Below are positions 36,851 to 44,490 of a stretch of 47,416 nt of DNA, piece after piece. How positions within the stretch are numbered: the stretch's first letter is position 1; the number at the start of each line of letters is the position of its first letter. A program made the translations under genes and the position numbers. The notes beneath the pieces are model-generated. The model saw only the letters and a list, made by a program, of their open reading frames with translations, ran no database searches and had not been told where the DNA came from. This DNA is from a virus (Duplodnaviria; Caudoviricetes). The stretch is taken from IMG/VR virus record IMGVR_UViG_3300027533_000037, positions 1-47,416 of that record. The stretch is one strand, 5' to 3'.

Positions 36851-37134
36851 GGCGTTGCCTCGATATGCTTGACCGAAGCACGCACCAGCCGCTCGACAGC
36901 ATCTCGCATGCCGGGGCCGTTCGTGGCGATGACGCATCCAACATCGTCGGGCTCGTCATCGACGACAGCGCATGCCGTCAGGCTGACTTGACCATCGGGC
37001 AGCACCTCGGCCTCATACCAGCCGCCGCCCTCGATGAACTTATGGGCGAGCGCCTCGACGTAGGCCGGCATGTCGATCGACACCGGCCGCTTCCGACCAT
37101 GCGGCCTGACGTATTGTGTGAACTGGATCGCCAT
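36847..37134 (-). CDS. Hypothetical protein (95 aa)
   Basis: GGAGG RBS; MAIQFTQYVRPHGRKR... Confidence 0.65.
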   Translation of the reverse strand: MAIQFTQYVRPHGRKRPVSIDMPAYVEALAHKFIEGGGWYEAEVLPDGQVSLTACAVVDDEPDDVGCVIATNGPGMRDAVERLVRASVKHIEATP

Positions 37135-37135
37135 C

Positions 37136-37303
37136 TCACCCTCCCGCCGCGTCGATCATCTTCAGCCGCCGGGTGACGGCCGCAGCCTCGCGCTCGTCGA
37201 CCCGCTGGCAGATCAAGTCGCACCCACCCTTGCACGGGATGGGGCTGCCATCGGCGCCGCAGCGGCACCGCAGGTTAAGTTGTTGCGCCCTCTGTTTGTT
37301 CAT
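37136..37303 (-). CDS. Small Cys-rich protein (55 aa; not in ORF track)
   Basis: GGAGG RBS; MNKQRAQQLNLRCRCGADGSPIPCKGGCDLICQR... Confidence 0.5.
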   Translation of the reverse strand: MNKQRAQQLNLRCRCGADGSPIPCKGGCDLICQRVDEREAAAVTRRLKMIDAAGG

Positions 37304-37748
37304 CGCTTGCCTTTCCTCCAGTCCTCAGGGTCGATTGGCGAAACAAAATCGGTGACGATGGGCCGCAATCAATTCCTTCGCCGACCATAAAGTACCCGGT
37401 CGGCCACTCTCCGCTGTAGAAACAGGGATGAATGCCTGTGCTGCCAGGTTCGATTACATCGAACGGCGTGCCATCCTTCGGGCAATAGCACGCCTCTCGC
37501 CAGCCTAGTTCGCGTAGTCGGCCGTAGGCATCAAACATCGCCAAGATCGCCGTGCGCTCGTCAGGCAGCCGTACCGCCCGCTCCGCTCGATGAGCTTCTA
37601 TCGACGCCCACAAAGTGTCCGCTTCATCTTTGTGGATTGGCTCGTGCGAGTAGTGACCTTCGGCGTCTCGGAATGTCTTGTGCCCGACGATTGGGTTATC
37701 GTCGCCATCGCGATCTTTCCGAGGCTTTGAGCCGTACATTGGGTTCAT
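37275..37748 (-). CDS. Hypothetical protein (157 aa)
   Basis: GAGG RBS; RLRELGWREACYCPKDGTPFDVIEPGSTGIHPC. Confidence 0.7.
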   Translation of the reverse strand: MNPMYGSKPRKDRDGDDNPIVGHKTFRDAEGHYSHEPIHKDEADTLWASIEAHRAERAVRLPDERTAILAMFDAYGRLRELGWREACYCPKDGTPFDVIEPGSTGIHPCFYSGEWPTGYFMVGEGIDCGPSSPILFRQSTLRTGGKASDEQTEGATT

Positions 37749-37860
37749 AGCGTCAATCCTCGTGGTCGTGGTAGGCGGTCATGTGAGTATCGCCCACAAA
37801 ATGAAAGGCCAGAGCACTGCATTGACCATCGCCAGCGCCAGCCCGATCGCGTCGCACGCG

Positions 37861-38253
37861 AGGCCGGCCAGGGCGGCGGACAGGCGCCCGCTCATACAAC
37901 GCTACAGATCAGGTCGAACACCTCGCGCACCGCCTGTTCCCAGGCCCTAGCCCAGTCCTGCGGGTCGCGGGCGCGGGCGAGGTCGGTGCAGGTCACGGTG
38001 TCGCGGCCAATGAGGCGTAGGAGCCCTGCCGTGGCCGCCAGGCCGCAAGAAACCCCGCCGCATACCTGAGCCCCCTCGGGTGCGTCTATGCCCCACAGGC
38101 GCACGCGCACGCCGCCTACGTCGATTGTATCGCCGTCGATCACCGTGGCCTCGCCCCGGATCGTGTTCCGCGACAATGCATCGGGCACGGCGAGCGCGGC
38201 GCATGCCCCGGCCAGCACCAGGCCGGCCAGGGCGGCGGATAGGCGCCCGCTCA
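37861..38253. repeat. 34-bp direct repeat flanking the nuclease-like gene
   Basis: AGGCCGGCCAGGGCGGCGGA(C/T)AGGCGCCCGCTCA at 37861-37894 and 38220-38253. Confidence 0.85.
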
Positions 38254-38254
38254 C
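37892..38254 (-). pseudogene. Truncated thermonuclease (SNase-like) with signal peptide
   Basis: VIDGDTIDV..VRLWGIDAPE present; the DRYGR segment and C-terminal half are missing. Confidence 0.6.
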
Positions 38255-38757
38255 GGGCGCAGCGCCTCCCCGACGAGCGCGTGCGGCACGCAGATGTACC
38301 TGTATTTCGGATCATGCGTGTTGCCGGTGAGGCGCATCAGGAGCGGCACGTCCGCGACCGCCCAGAACATCCCTTGCGGGCCATCGACTAACTCGACAAG
38401 CGTTCCGGCCGGGATCGTAATCCGTTGCGCCAGTGTGCCGTGCACGTTCTCAAACACCGGCGTCTCGCAATCCTGAATCGTACGGTTCATGTCGTCGCTC
38501 CCCCTGTCAGGTGTTCGGTTTCCAGTGCCGCGGCCTCGCAAGCCCGGTCCATCAATGCCCGCACCGCGATATCCTCGGGCGCCCAGTCGCCGGCGAGTCT
38601 CGTCGGCCGTCTCGGCGAGGTCCGGCAAGCCGGCCTGGCGCAATCGCGTCGCGGCTAATTGGACGGCCCAGGACGCTTCCGTTGCGTTGAGTTCCAGCGA
38701 GCGGCCCAGGATACCCCAGGCCGCCGCCGCGTGCTGCCAGCGTGCTCGAGCGGTCAT
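38251..38757 (-). CDS. Hypothetical protein (possible internal start at 38490)
   Basis: Coupled at both ends; internal GGGGAG RBS before MNRTIQD. Confidence 0.5.
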   Translation of the reverse strand: MTARARWQHAAAAWGILGRSLELNATEASWAVQLAATRLRQAGLPDLAETADETRRRLGARGYRGAGIDGPGLRGRGTGNRTPDRGSDDMNRTIQDCETPVFENVHGTLAQRITIPAGTLVELVDGPQGMFWAVADVPLLMRLTGNTHDPKYRYICVPHALVGEALRP

Positions 38758-39053
38758 GCCGCCCTCGCGATCGGCCGGCGGGTCATGCCGGCCTGCATAC
38801 CAGCCATGTAGGCGCGGATCAGGTCGGCCGTGATCGCCGCGCCATAGCGGCCGGTGATGTCGCGCTCCCCGCCGCTACCGCCGGCGATCTGCGCCAGGCG
38901 GTAGCCGCCATAGGCGCAATCGAGGACATAGACGCCCTCGACCGAGCGGTTCGAGCCGTCGGCGTTCCGCGCCCATGCCTCGCGCGGCATGCCGGCGAGA
39001 TCGTTGAGCTGGTCGACCAGAATGCGCAGTGTCTTGACTGTCGTGCGATTCAT
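38754..39053 (-). CDS. Hypothetical protein (99 aa)
   Basis: RBS AGGGGA; YVLDCAYGGYRLAQI. Confidence 0.7.
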   Translation of the reverse strand: MNRTTVKTLRILVDQLNDLAGMPREAWARNADGSNRSVEGVYVLDCAYGGYRLAQIAGGSGGERDITGRYGAAITADLIRAYMAGMQAGMTRRPIARAA

Positions 39054-39122
39054 GATGTTATCCCCTGTTTGTGCGAAGGCCGCACCGCTCTGCCCCGCCG
39101 TAACGGGGCAGGCCGGTATGGT

Positions 39123-39308
39123 CTAGGCGGTCTCGCGATCGATAACCTGTTGCCAGCGTGCAATCGCCTCACGGGCCTGCTGGCCGTAATACCCGACGCG
39201 GTTCTCAACCGGGCCTTTCATGCTTTCGCGCAAGCGGTAGATCGCGCGCTCGGCTTCCCGGATGCGCTCGGCGGCATTGCGCGGTGCGCGGTATTGCTTG
39301 CGTTTCAT
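39123..39308 (-). CDS. Hypothetical protein (61 aa)
   Basis: GGAG RBS downstream of the promoter. Confidence 0.6.
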   Translation of the reverse strand: MKRKQYRAPRNAAERIREAERAIYRLRESMKGPVENRVGYYGQQAREAIARWQQVIDRETA

Positions 39309-39315
39309 GGCGTAT

Positions 39316-39425
39316 CTCCGTGGTTGACGACCCTAAGATAGCACCGATTATTTTCCGGTCAAGCGGAAAAGATGTTGACGTGAGATTTTGTCGAGCGGTA
39401 GGATCGTCGCTGTCAACCACAGGAG
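39316..39425. promoter_or_regulatory. Divergent sigma70-like promoters with palindromic operator
   Basis: Minus: TTGACC-N16-TATCTT. Plus: TTGACG (39375)-N18-TAGGAT. Palindrome TTTTCCG-N6-CGGAAAA at 39351-39370. Confidence 0.65.
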
Positions 39426-39431
39426 CGAACG

Positions 39432-39632
39432 ATGGCGACGACGACCAAGCCGAAATTGACCCGCGATCAGAAGATGGCGCTTGCAGCTTATGAGTATGCG
39501 CTGCGACAGGAGGATCGCTACCTAGGGAGCGTGTTTGTCACGCCAATGGGTCAGCGTGCGATCGAGGCAAAGACCAAGGCCGCCTATGAGCGCTGTCGCT
39601 CGCTCGGCATGACGCACGAGCACGGGCTATGA
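39432..39632 (+). CDS. Hypothetical protein (66 aa)
   Basis: AGGAG RBS after the promoter. Confidence 0.65.
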   Translation: MATTTKPKLTRDQKMALAAYEYALRQEDRYLGSVFVTPMGQRAIEAKTKAAYERCRSLGMTHEHGL

Positions 39633-39811
39633 CCCCGGCGAGATACGATTACGCCGGCCCGTTCAAGTCGGCGGAGCGTGCCGATGATGTGCTGGCGGAT
39701 ATGTTCAATCGTGATGAGGTGTGCGAAGGCGAATGGCCTGAGATCGTGAGCCGCAAGCCGCGCATCGGCGGCCGCTACGTCAAGCGCTGGTATATCACTC
39801 TGCCGATGTAG
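39629..39811 (+). CDS. Hypothetical protein (60 aa)
   Basis: ATGA coupling. Confidence 0.6.
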   Translation: MTPARYDYAGPFKSAERADDVLADMFNRDEVCEGEWPEIVSRKPRIGGRYVKRWYITLPM

Positions 39812-39817
39812 GTCGGC

Positions 39818-40555
39818 CTAGCCTTTATCGTCCGGCGGCGCCAGGCCCTTAGGGGCCTGAGCGTCGACCGTATCCTTGCCCGGCTGCGATGCTTTCAGAG
39901 CGTCCAGCAGCGCCACCAGCGTATTGCCTTGTTGCGCCTTAAAGGCCCCCTCCGCGACGCGCACAGCGAGCTTTGTCAGGTCGCGCGCTGCTTCGTTGCC
40001 AGCGCGAAGCAGCTTCACATCGATCAGCGCGGTAGGCAGCCCGATCGACTGTCCCTTGTCATCGACAGCTATCCCCGCTCCCGGCCCAGCGGCCATTGCC
40101 GCGTCAAGCTCGCGCTGAACCAAGAGCACCGTATCGCGCTGCAACCTGAGGCCAGCCAGTGACCCGCTATCGAGCACGACAGCGTGCTCATTGCTCGGCA
40201 CTAACGCCGGCGCCTCGTCGCGCGGCAGCTCAGCAAGCCTGATCAGCTTGTCTGCAGCTTCGAGAGCATCGGACATGCGGCGCTTGACCGTCGATGGTTT
40301 CGGAGTGCGCCCACCGTACCACGGCAGATGCAACGCGCGGAATTGCTGTTGCCTTGCATGCAACGCTCGTGATGCGGCTTGCGTCGCGTCGCGCGGATCG
40401 CCGGACCACCGGAACCCGCCAGTGCAGCGACCACCGTGCAGGTGGCATCGGCGCTTGCCGAGCAGCGCCGGTCTCGAGCACGGCAGACCGGAGCGCTTGC
40501 CTCGCGCGCCGCACAACTTCGACAGGCCTTGGTGGTTTCGCACGCTGTTCAGCAT
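39818..40555 (-). CDS. HGGxSTG-domain protein (terminase small subunit candidate)
   Basis: CGARGKRSGLPCSRPA..RCHLHGGRCTG followed by a helical region. Confidence 0.65.
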   Translation of the reverse strand: MLNSVRNHQGLSKLCGARGKRSGLPCSRPALLGKRRCHLHGGRCTGGFRWSGDPRDATQAASRALHARQQQFRALHLPWYGGRTPKPSTVKRRMSDALEAADKLIRLAELPRDEAPALVPSNEHAVVLDSGSLAGLRLQRDTVLLVQRELDAAMAAGPGAGIAVDDKGQSIGLPTALIDVKLLRAGNEAARDLTKLAVRVAEGAFKAQQGNTLVALLDALKASQPGKDTVDAQAPKGLAPPDDKG

Positions 40556-41146
40556 CCTGAACGATTGTGGCAGCGCCTCGTATCACACTGATATCGTTCA
40601 CCTATTCCGATCGGATCGAGCGGTCGATACGGTACGGGAATCGTCCCTCGACCGGTCCGGGAACGGGGAAAATTGAGCTCGTGAGAACAAACCGGAAGCA
40701 ATTTAGGGAAATCGTTCCGCATCCGTTCACCTCGATACGCCGGAACCGTTTTTGGCAAATCTGGTCATCGAAGCTGTCTCCAGCGAGTGCCTCTACCGGC
40801 ATCGCTTCCACCGATTGCGGCCATCGCTGTCGCATCGTTGTAGAGGCCACAGCGACAGCGGGCAAGTCCGGTCATCGAAAGCATCTTCCCTTGCTGACGC
40901 AAGGGTAAATGCTGCCTGTTTGCTTCATACGCCCGCTAAATAGGGACGCGCGCGCGCGAGGACGCGTCCTGGCTCGGCCGGGTTTCCCGTGACGCTGCCA
41001 CGAGGGTTTACCGGCTATCCGATCGCCTATTCTATCGAGGCTCCTGCCCCGACGCTGCGGTCTGATCGGCCTCAACTCGCTGGGATTCCGTGCGTCACCC
41101 ACTTCCTCGCGCGGTCGAGCCTGCTCTGCTGCGGCAAACGGAGCCG

Positions 41147-41488
41147 CTATGCTGTAGGAGCGATCCTCCTGACAGCCGCCATCGCGGCCTCCTGAAATCG
41201 GGCGCCGGCCTCCCGGTCTGGAAACTCGACGAGATTCTTCCAGGTCTTCACCCCCTCGCGGGTCGTGAAGCTGGTAGAGGGCAAGCCTATCCACTCGCCC
41301 TTGTTGGTGCGGAACCATTTGCAGTCGTGGAGAACCACCCCCCACTCGGGGATGTGCAGCTCGAAGAAGCCTACCAGAGCACCTTTATTGATGCGCTTCA
41401 GCTCGCGCGCGAACATCCGTCCGTCGGACGGCAGCGGCGTCACGTTGCTGGGGGCTTGCCTTGGCTGGAATGGTGGTCTATCTGTCAC
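41147..41488 (-). CDS. SpoVG-like / SSB-like nucleic-acid-binding protein
   Basis: GALVGFFEL..VVLHDC..WIGLPS..WKNLVEF..FQEAAMAA pattern. Confidence 0.6.
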   Translation of the reverse strand: MTDRPPFQPRQAPSNVTPLPSDGRMFARELKRINKGALVGFFELHIPEWGVVLHDCKWFRTNKGEWIGLPSTSFTTREGVKTWKNLVEFPDREAGARFQEAAMAAVRRIAPTA

Positions 41489-41607
41489 TGGCTCTCCGCG
41501 ATGGCGCTTCAACGCCGTTTGAGCGGGATCAGCTTAGCCCCGGTTCCGCGACCGGGTCAAGCGCGGAAAAGCCCCGGCAATAGCTTCGGGGCTTTTCTGT
41601 TTCCGGC

Positions 41608-41952
41608 TCACGATGACAACTCCGCCGAGACCGCCGCGAGAATCCCCATCGCTTTGTCGCACGGCCAGATCGCAACGCATGTTTTCGCCGCCAGAAGCTC
41701 GCTGTCGCAAACATGAACGACCAGATGGGAGGGGTGCGTCGCGGCCTCGGTTATGACGGTATTTCTGGCTGCCTCGACCAGATCCGGGTCGGCAGCGCAG
41801 ACGTGGGCCAGATAAATGCCATCCTCGTCATCCGCGCCACACAAGATAAAGCCGTAAGGCTGCTTGCGTCCCTCGATATGGGCGACCGGCGAGATCACCA
41901 CCGATTCTGGCGCGGCGCAACGCAGGAGGACGCTATCGAGGATGTCGCTCAC
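41608..41952 (-). CDS. Hypothetical protein (114 aa)
   Basis: GTGA coupling with the upstream gene. Confidence 0.5.
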   Translation of the reverse strand: MSDILDSVLLRCAAPESVVISPVAHIEGRKQPYGFILCGADDEDGIYLAHVCAADPDLVEAARNTVITEAATHPSHLVVHVCDSELLAAKTCVAIWPCDKAMGILAAVSAELSS

Positions 41953-42161
41953 CGCCCCGGCCTCGCCGTCACCACTGGCACGATCGCGTACCCCTCTTCC
42001 TCCAGCACCAGAACGACGTAAGCGGCCCGCTCGCGCAGCTTGGGAGCGAAGTTGGTTTGAGCATACTCCCATCTGGCGCCGTCGGTCTCGTGCATCCACA
42101 TCGCTTCTGCGATCACCTCGGCCAGGTCTTGCTTTTGTCGTGGGGAGGTTGTATCTGTCAT
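41949..42161 (-). CDS. Hypothetical protein (70 aa)
   Basis: MTDTTSPRQKQDLAEVIAEAMW... Confidence 0.55.
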   Translation of the reverse strand: MTDTTSPRQKQDLAEVIAEAMWMHETDGARWEYAQTNFAPKLRERAAYVVLVLEEEGYAIVPVVTARPGR

Positions 42162-42222
42162 CGGTCTCTTCTGTGGTTGGCGGAGACGATAGCGCCTGAT
42201 CCCCCAAAAGGTCAAGAGCGCA

Positions 42223-42257
42223 GAAAGGCCCGCTCAGTCCCCTGTGGCGGGCCTTTC
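42223..42257. terminator. 11-bp stem-loop in a divergent intergenic region
   Basis: GAAAGGCCCGC ... GCGGGCCTTTC. Confidence 0.5.
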
Positions 42258-42315
42258 CATTTGCAAAACCCCCGGAGTTTGCGGCAATCTCTCCGTAGTT
42301 ACAAAAGGAGAGCAC

Positions 42316-42564
42316 GTGAGCAGCCACCGTATCGAGATAACTTTCGCTGGAGACGCGCCGGACAGCGAACTTGAGCGCGCAAAAATCCTTGGTTCCGAGA
42401 AAGTCAGCGAAGCCATCAAGGAATTGCAGGCAATCCTGACCAGTCTTGGCCTGGATGTCATCGCCACCGCGCACAGCGTGCGGAAGATGCCGAAGCACCA
42501 GCGCCCAGGCAGGCAGAAACCACCCGCAATGGCGGAGCCGGCCACCGGGATCGCCGCCGAATAG
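42316..42564 (+). CDS. Hypothetical protein (82 aa)
   Basis: AAGGAG RBS then GTG. Confidence 0.65.
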   Translation: MSSHRIEITFAGDAPDSELERAKILGSEKVSEAIKELQAILTSLGLDVIATAHSVRKMPKHQRPGRQKPPAMAEPATGIAAE

Positions 42565-42578
42565 GCGCAGGAGAAGAA

Positions 42579-42797
42579 ATGAGAGATCGTCGCTTTGTAT
42601 TGCTGCGCGACGTGGTGATCCCGGCCGGCACCGTGCTGGAGCGGGCCGCCAATGAGCGCGGCGGGACCTCGGCCGTCGAGTGCGTCGTGGCACTTGGGTC
42701 GGACAGCCACGGATATTTCGTGATCGCCGCCATCGACGGCGATGCGGCGAAGGACGCCCTGGGATGGGTCGAGGAATGCAACCCAGCAGCCGCCTGA
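42579..42797 (+). CDS. Hypothetical protein (72 aa)
   Basis: AGGAG RBS. Confidence 0.6.
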   Translation: MRDRRFVLLRDVVIPAGTVLERAANERGGTSAVECVVALGSDSHGYFVIAAIDGDAAKDALGWVEECNPAAA

Positions 42798-43021
42798 TCG
42801 AGGCCGAGCGCCGGGGCGAGCCGCGCCCCGGGCCAGACCGGCTGGCGGATGTGACCCTCACGGTGCGCGAGTGGTCCGTCGTGCTGGGCTCGCTCTCGGC
42901 AACGGCGCAGCACATGGTGCGGGCGAAGGCGGCCGGGCGACTGCTCGAGCAGATCGGCGACCAGGGCATCGTCGACGTTACCAACGTGCTGGGGGCCATC
43001 CGGCGTCAGGCGCGGCTGTGA
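42776..43021 (+). CDS. Hypothetical protein (81 aa)
   Basis: GAGG RBS; stop overlaps the MTase start. Confidence 0.5.
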   Translation: MQPSSRLIEAERRGEPRPGPDRLADVTLTVREWSVVLGSLSATAQHMVRAKAAGRLLEQIGDQGIVDVTNVLGAIRRQARL

Positions 43022-44490
43022 AGGGCGGCACGCTGTTCTCCGGCATCGGCGCGCCGGAATGCGCGATGCCGCGGGTCGACTGGCGCTGGTGCGCCGAGAC
43101 CGACCAGTTCGCCTCCGCCGTCATGGCGGCGCGGCATCCCGAGATCCCGAACCTGGGGGACGTGAATGAAATCGCCGCCGATGCAGTTGAGCCTGTTGAC
43201 CTCATCGTCTTCGGATCGCCCTGCCAGTCGTTCAGCGTCGCCGGCAAGCGCCTCGGCCCGGATGACCCGCGCGGCAACATGGCCCTCGTCGGCCTTCGCG
43301 TGGTTGGCCGCATCCGGCCCCGTTGGGTGGTTTGGGAGAATGTCCCCGGCGTCCTGTCGTCTGACGGAGGACGGGATTTTGGCGCCTTCCTCGGGCTCCT
43401 GGGGGAACTCGGGTATGGGTTCGCCTACCGGGTTCTTGACGCTCAGCACTTCGGAGTTCCACAGCGGCGCCGCCGCGTCTTCGTTGTCGGATATCTTGGA
43501 GACTGGCGACCTGCCGCGGCGGTACTTTTTGAGCCAGAAAGCCTGCGCGGGGATTCTGCGCCGCGCCGAGAAGCGGGGCAAGGAGTTGCCCGGCCAATTG
43601 CAAGCTGCGCTCCGGGCGGCAGCGGCTACCGATTTGACGCCGACACCGCCGACAACCTGATCGCCCGTTGCGTCGCAACGGGCACCAACGGCCAGCGCTA
43701 CGATTACGAGACCGAGACGATGGTGCTGGCGCATTCACTCCGCGCCGATGGCTTCGACGCCAGCAAGGACGTGACCGGGCGCGGCACGCCGCTGACACTC
43801 GCGATCCGGGGGCGCGGCGACAGCCATGATCTGGAATGGCGGGATGACGGGGTCGCAAACGCCGTGCTGACGCCCAACGGCGGGCGCGGCGGCATCGGTG
43901 TCGGGGCTATCGCGGCTTACGGCATCCGCCGCGATGCGGGACGAGACGGCGTGGCGAAGACGCCTTCGGACGACGGCTATGGCCGCGTCTCCCTGCGCGA
44001 CCCCGGCTTCAACGTCTACGAGGAGACGGCCCCGACGCTCGACAGCGCGCCGCACGCCGTTGCGTTCCACGAGAACCAGCGAGCCGAGACGACGCTCAGC
44101 GACACGGCTGGCGCTCTGAAGGTCGGTGGCGGCAAGCCGGGGCAGGGCTATCCCGCCGTGTTTGAGAGCCGCTTCGCGCGCAACGGTCGCGGCGCCCCCG
44201 ACGAGATCGTACCGCCACTCAAGGCGCAGTCGGGGCAGAGCGGGAAGGGCGATGCTGCGCCGCTGCTGCAATCGGCAATGTCCGTCCGCCGCCTCACTCC
44301 ACGCGAGTGCGAGCGCCTGCAAGGACTGCCGGACGACTACACGCTGATCCCCTATCGCGGGAAGCCAGCCGCTGACGGGCCGAGATACCGGGCGATCGGA
44401 AACTCGATGGCCGTACCCGTGATCGGCTGGATCGGCGAGCGGATCGCGGCCGTCGACGAAATCACGGCGTTCCGCGAGGCGGCGGAGTGA
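43018..44490 (+). CDS. DNA (cytosine-5) methyltransferase
   Basis: Motif I LFSGIG, IV GSPCQSFS, VI WENVPG, VIII QRRRRVF, IX RRLTPRECERLQG, X AIGNS. Confidence 0.95.
   Translation: MKGGTLFSGIGAPECAMPRVDWRWCAETDQFASAVMAARHPEIPNLGDVNEIAADAVEPVDLIVFGSPCQSFSVAGKRLGPDDPRGNMALVGLRVVGRIRPRWVVWENVPGVLSSDGGRDFGAFLGLLGELGYGFAYRVLDAQHFGVPQRRRRVFVVGYLGDWRPAAAVLFEPESLRGDSAPRREAGQGVARPIASCAPGGSGYRFDADTADNLIARCVATGTNGQRYDYETETMVLAHSLRADGFDASKDVTGRGTPLTLAIRGRGDSHDLEWRDDGVANAVLTPNGGRGGIGVGAIAAYGIRRDAGRDGVAKTPSDDGYGRVSLRDPGFNVYEETAPTLDSAPHAVAFHENQRAETTLSDTAGALKVGGGKPGQGYPAVFESRFARNGRGAPDEIVPPLKAQSGQSGKGDAAPLLQSAMSVRRLTPRECERLQGLPDDYTLIPYRGKPAADGPRYRAIGNSMAVPVIGWIGERIAAVDEITAFREAAE

Noticed and set aside
41953-42999. 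463-aa minus ORF (41608-42999) and similar long shadow ORFs
   Set aside because: High-GC antisense artefacts overlapping better-supported genes; only the last 114 codons are kept.
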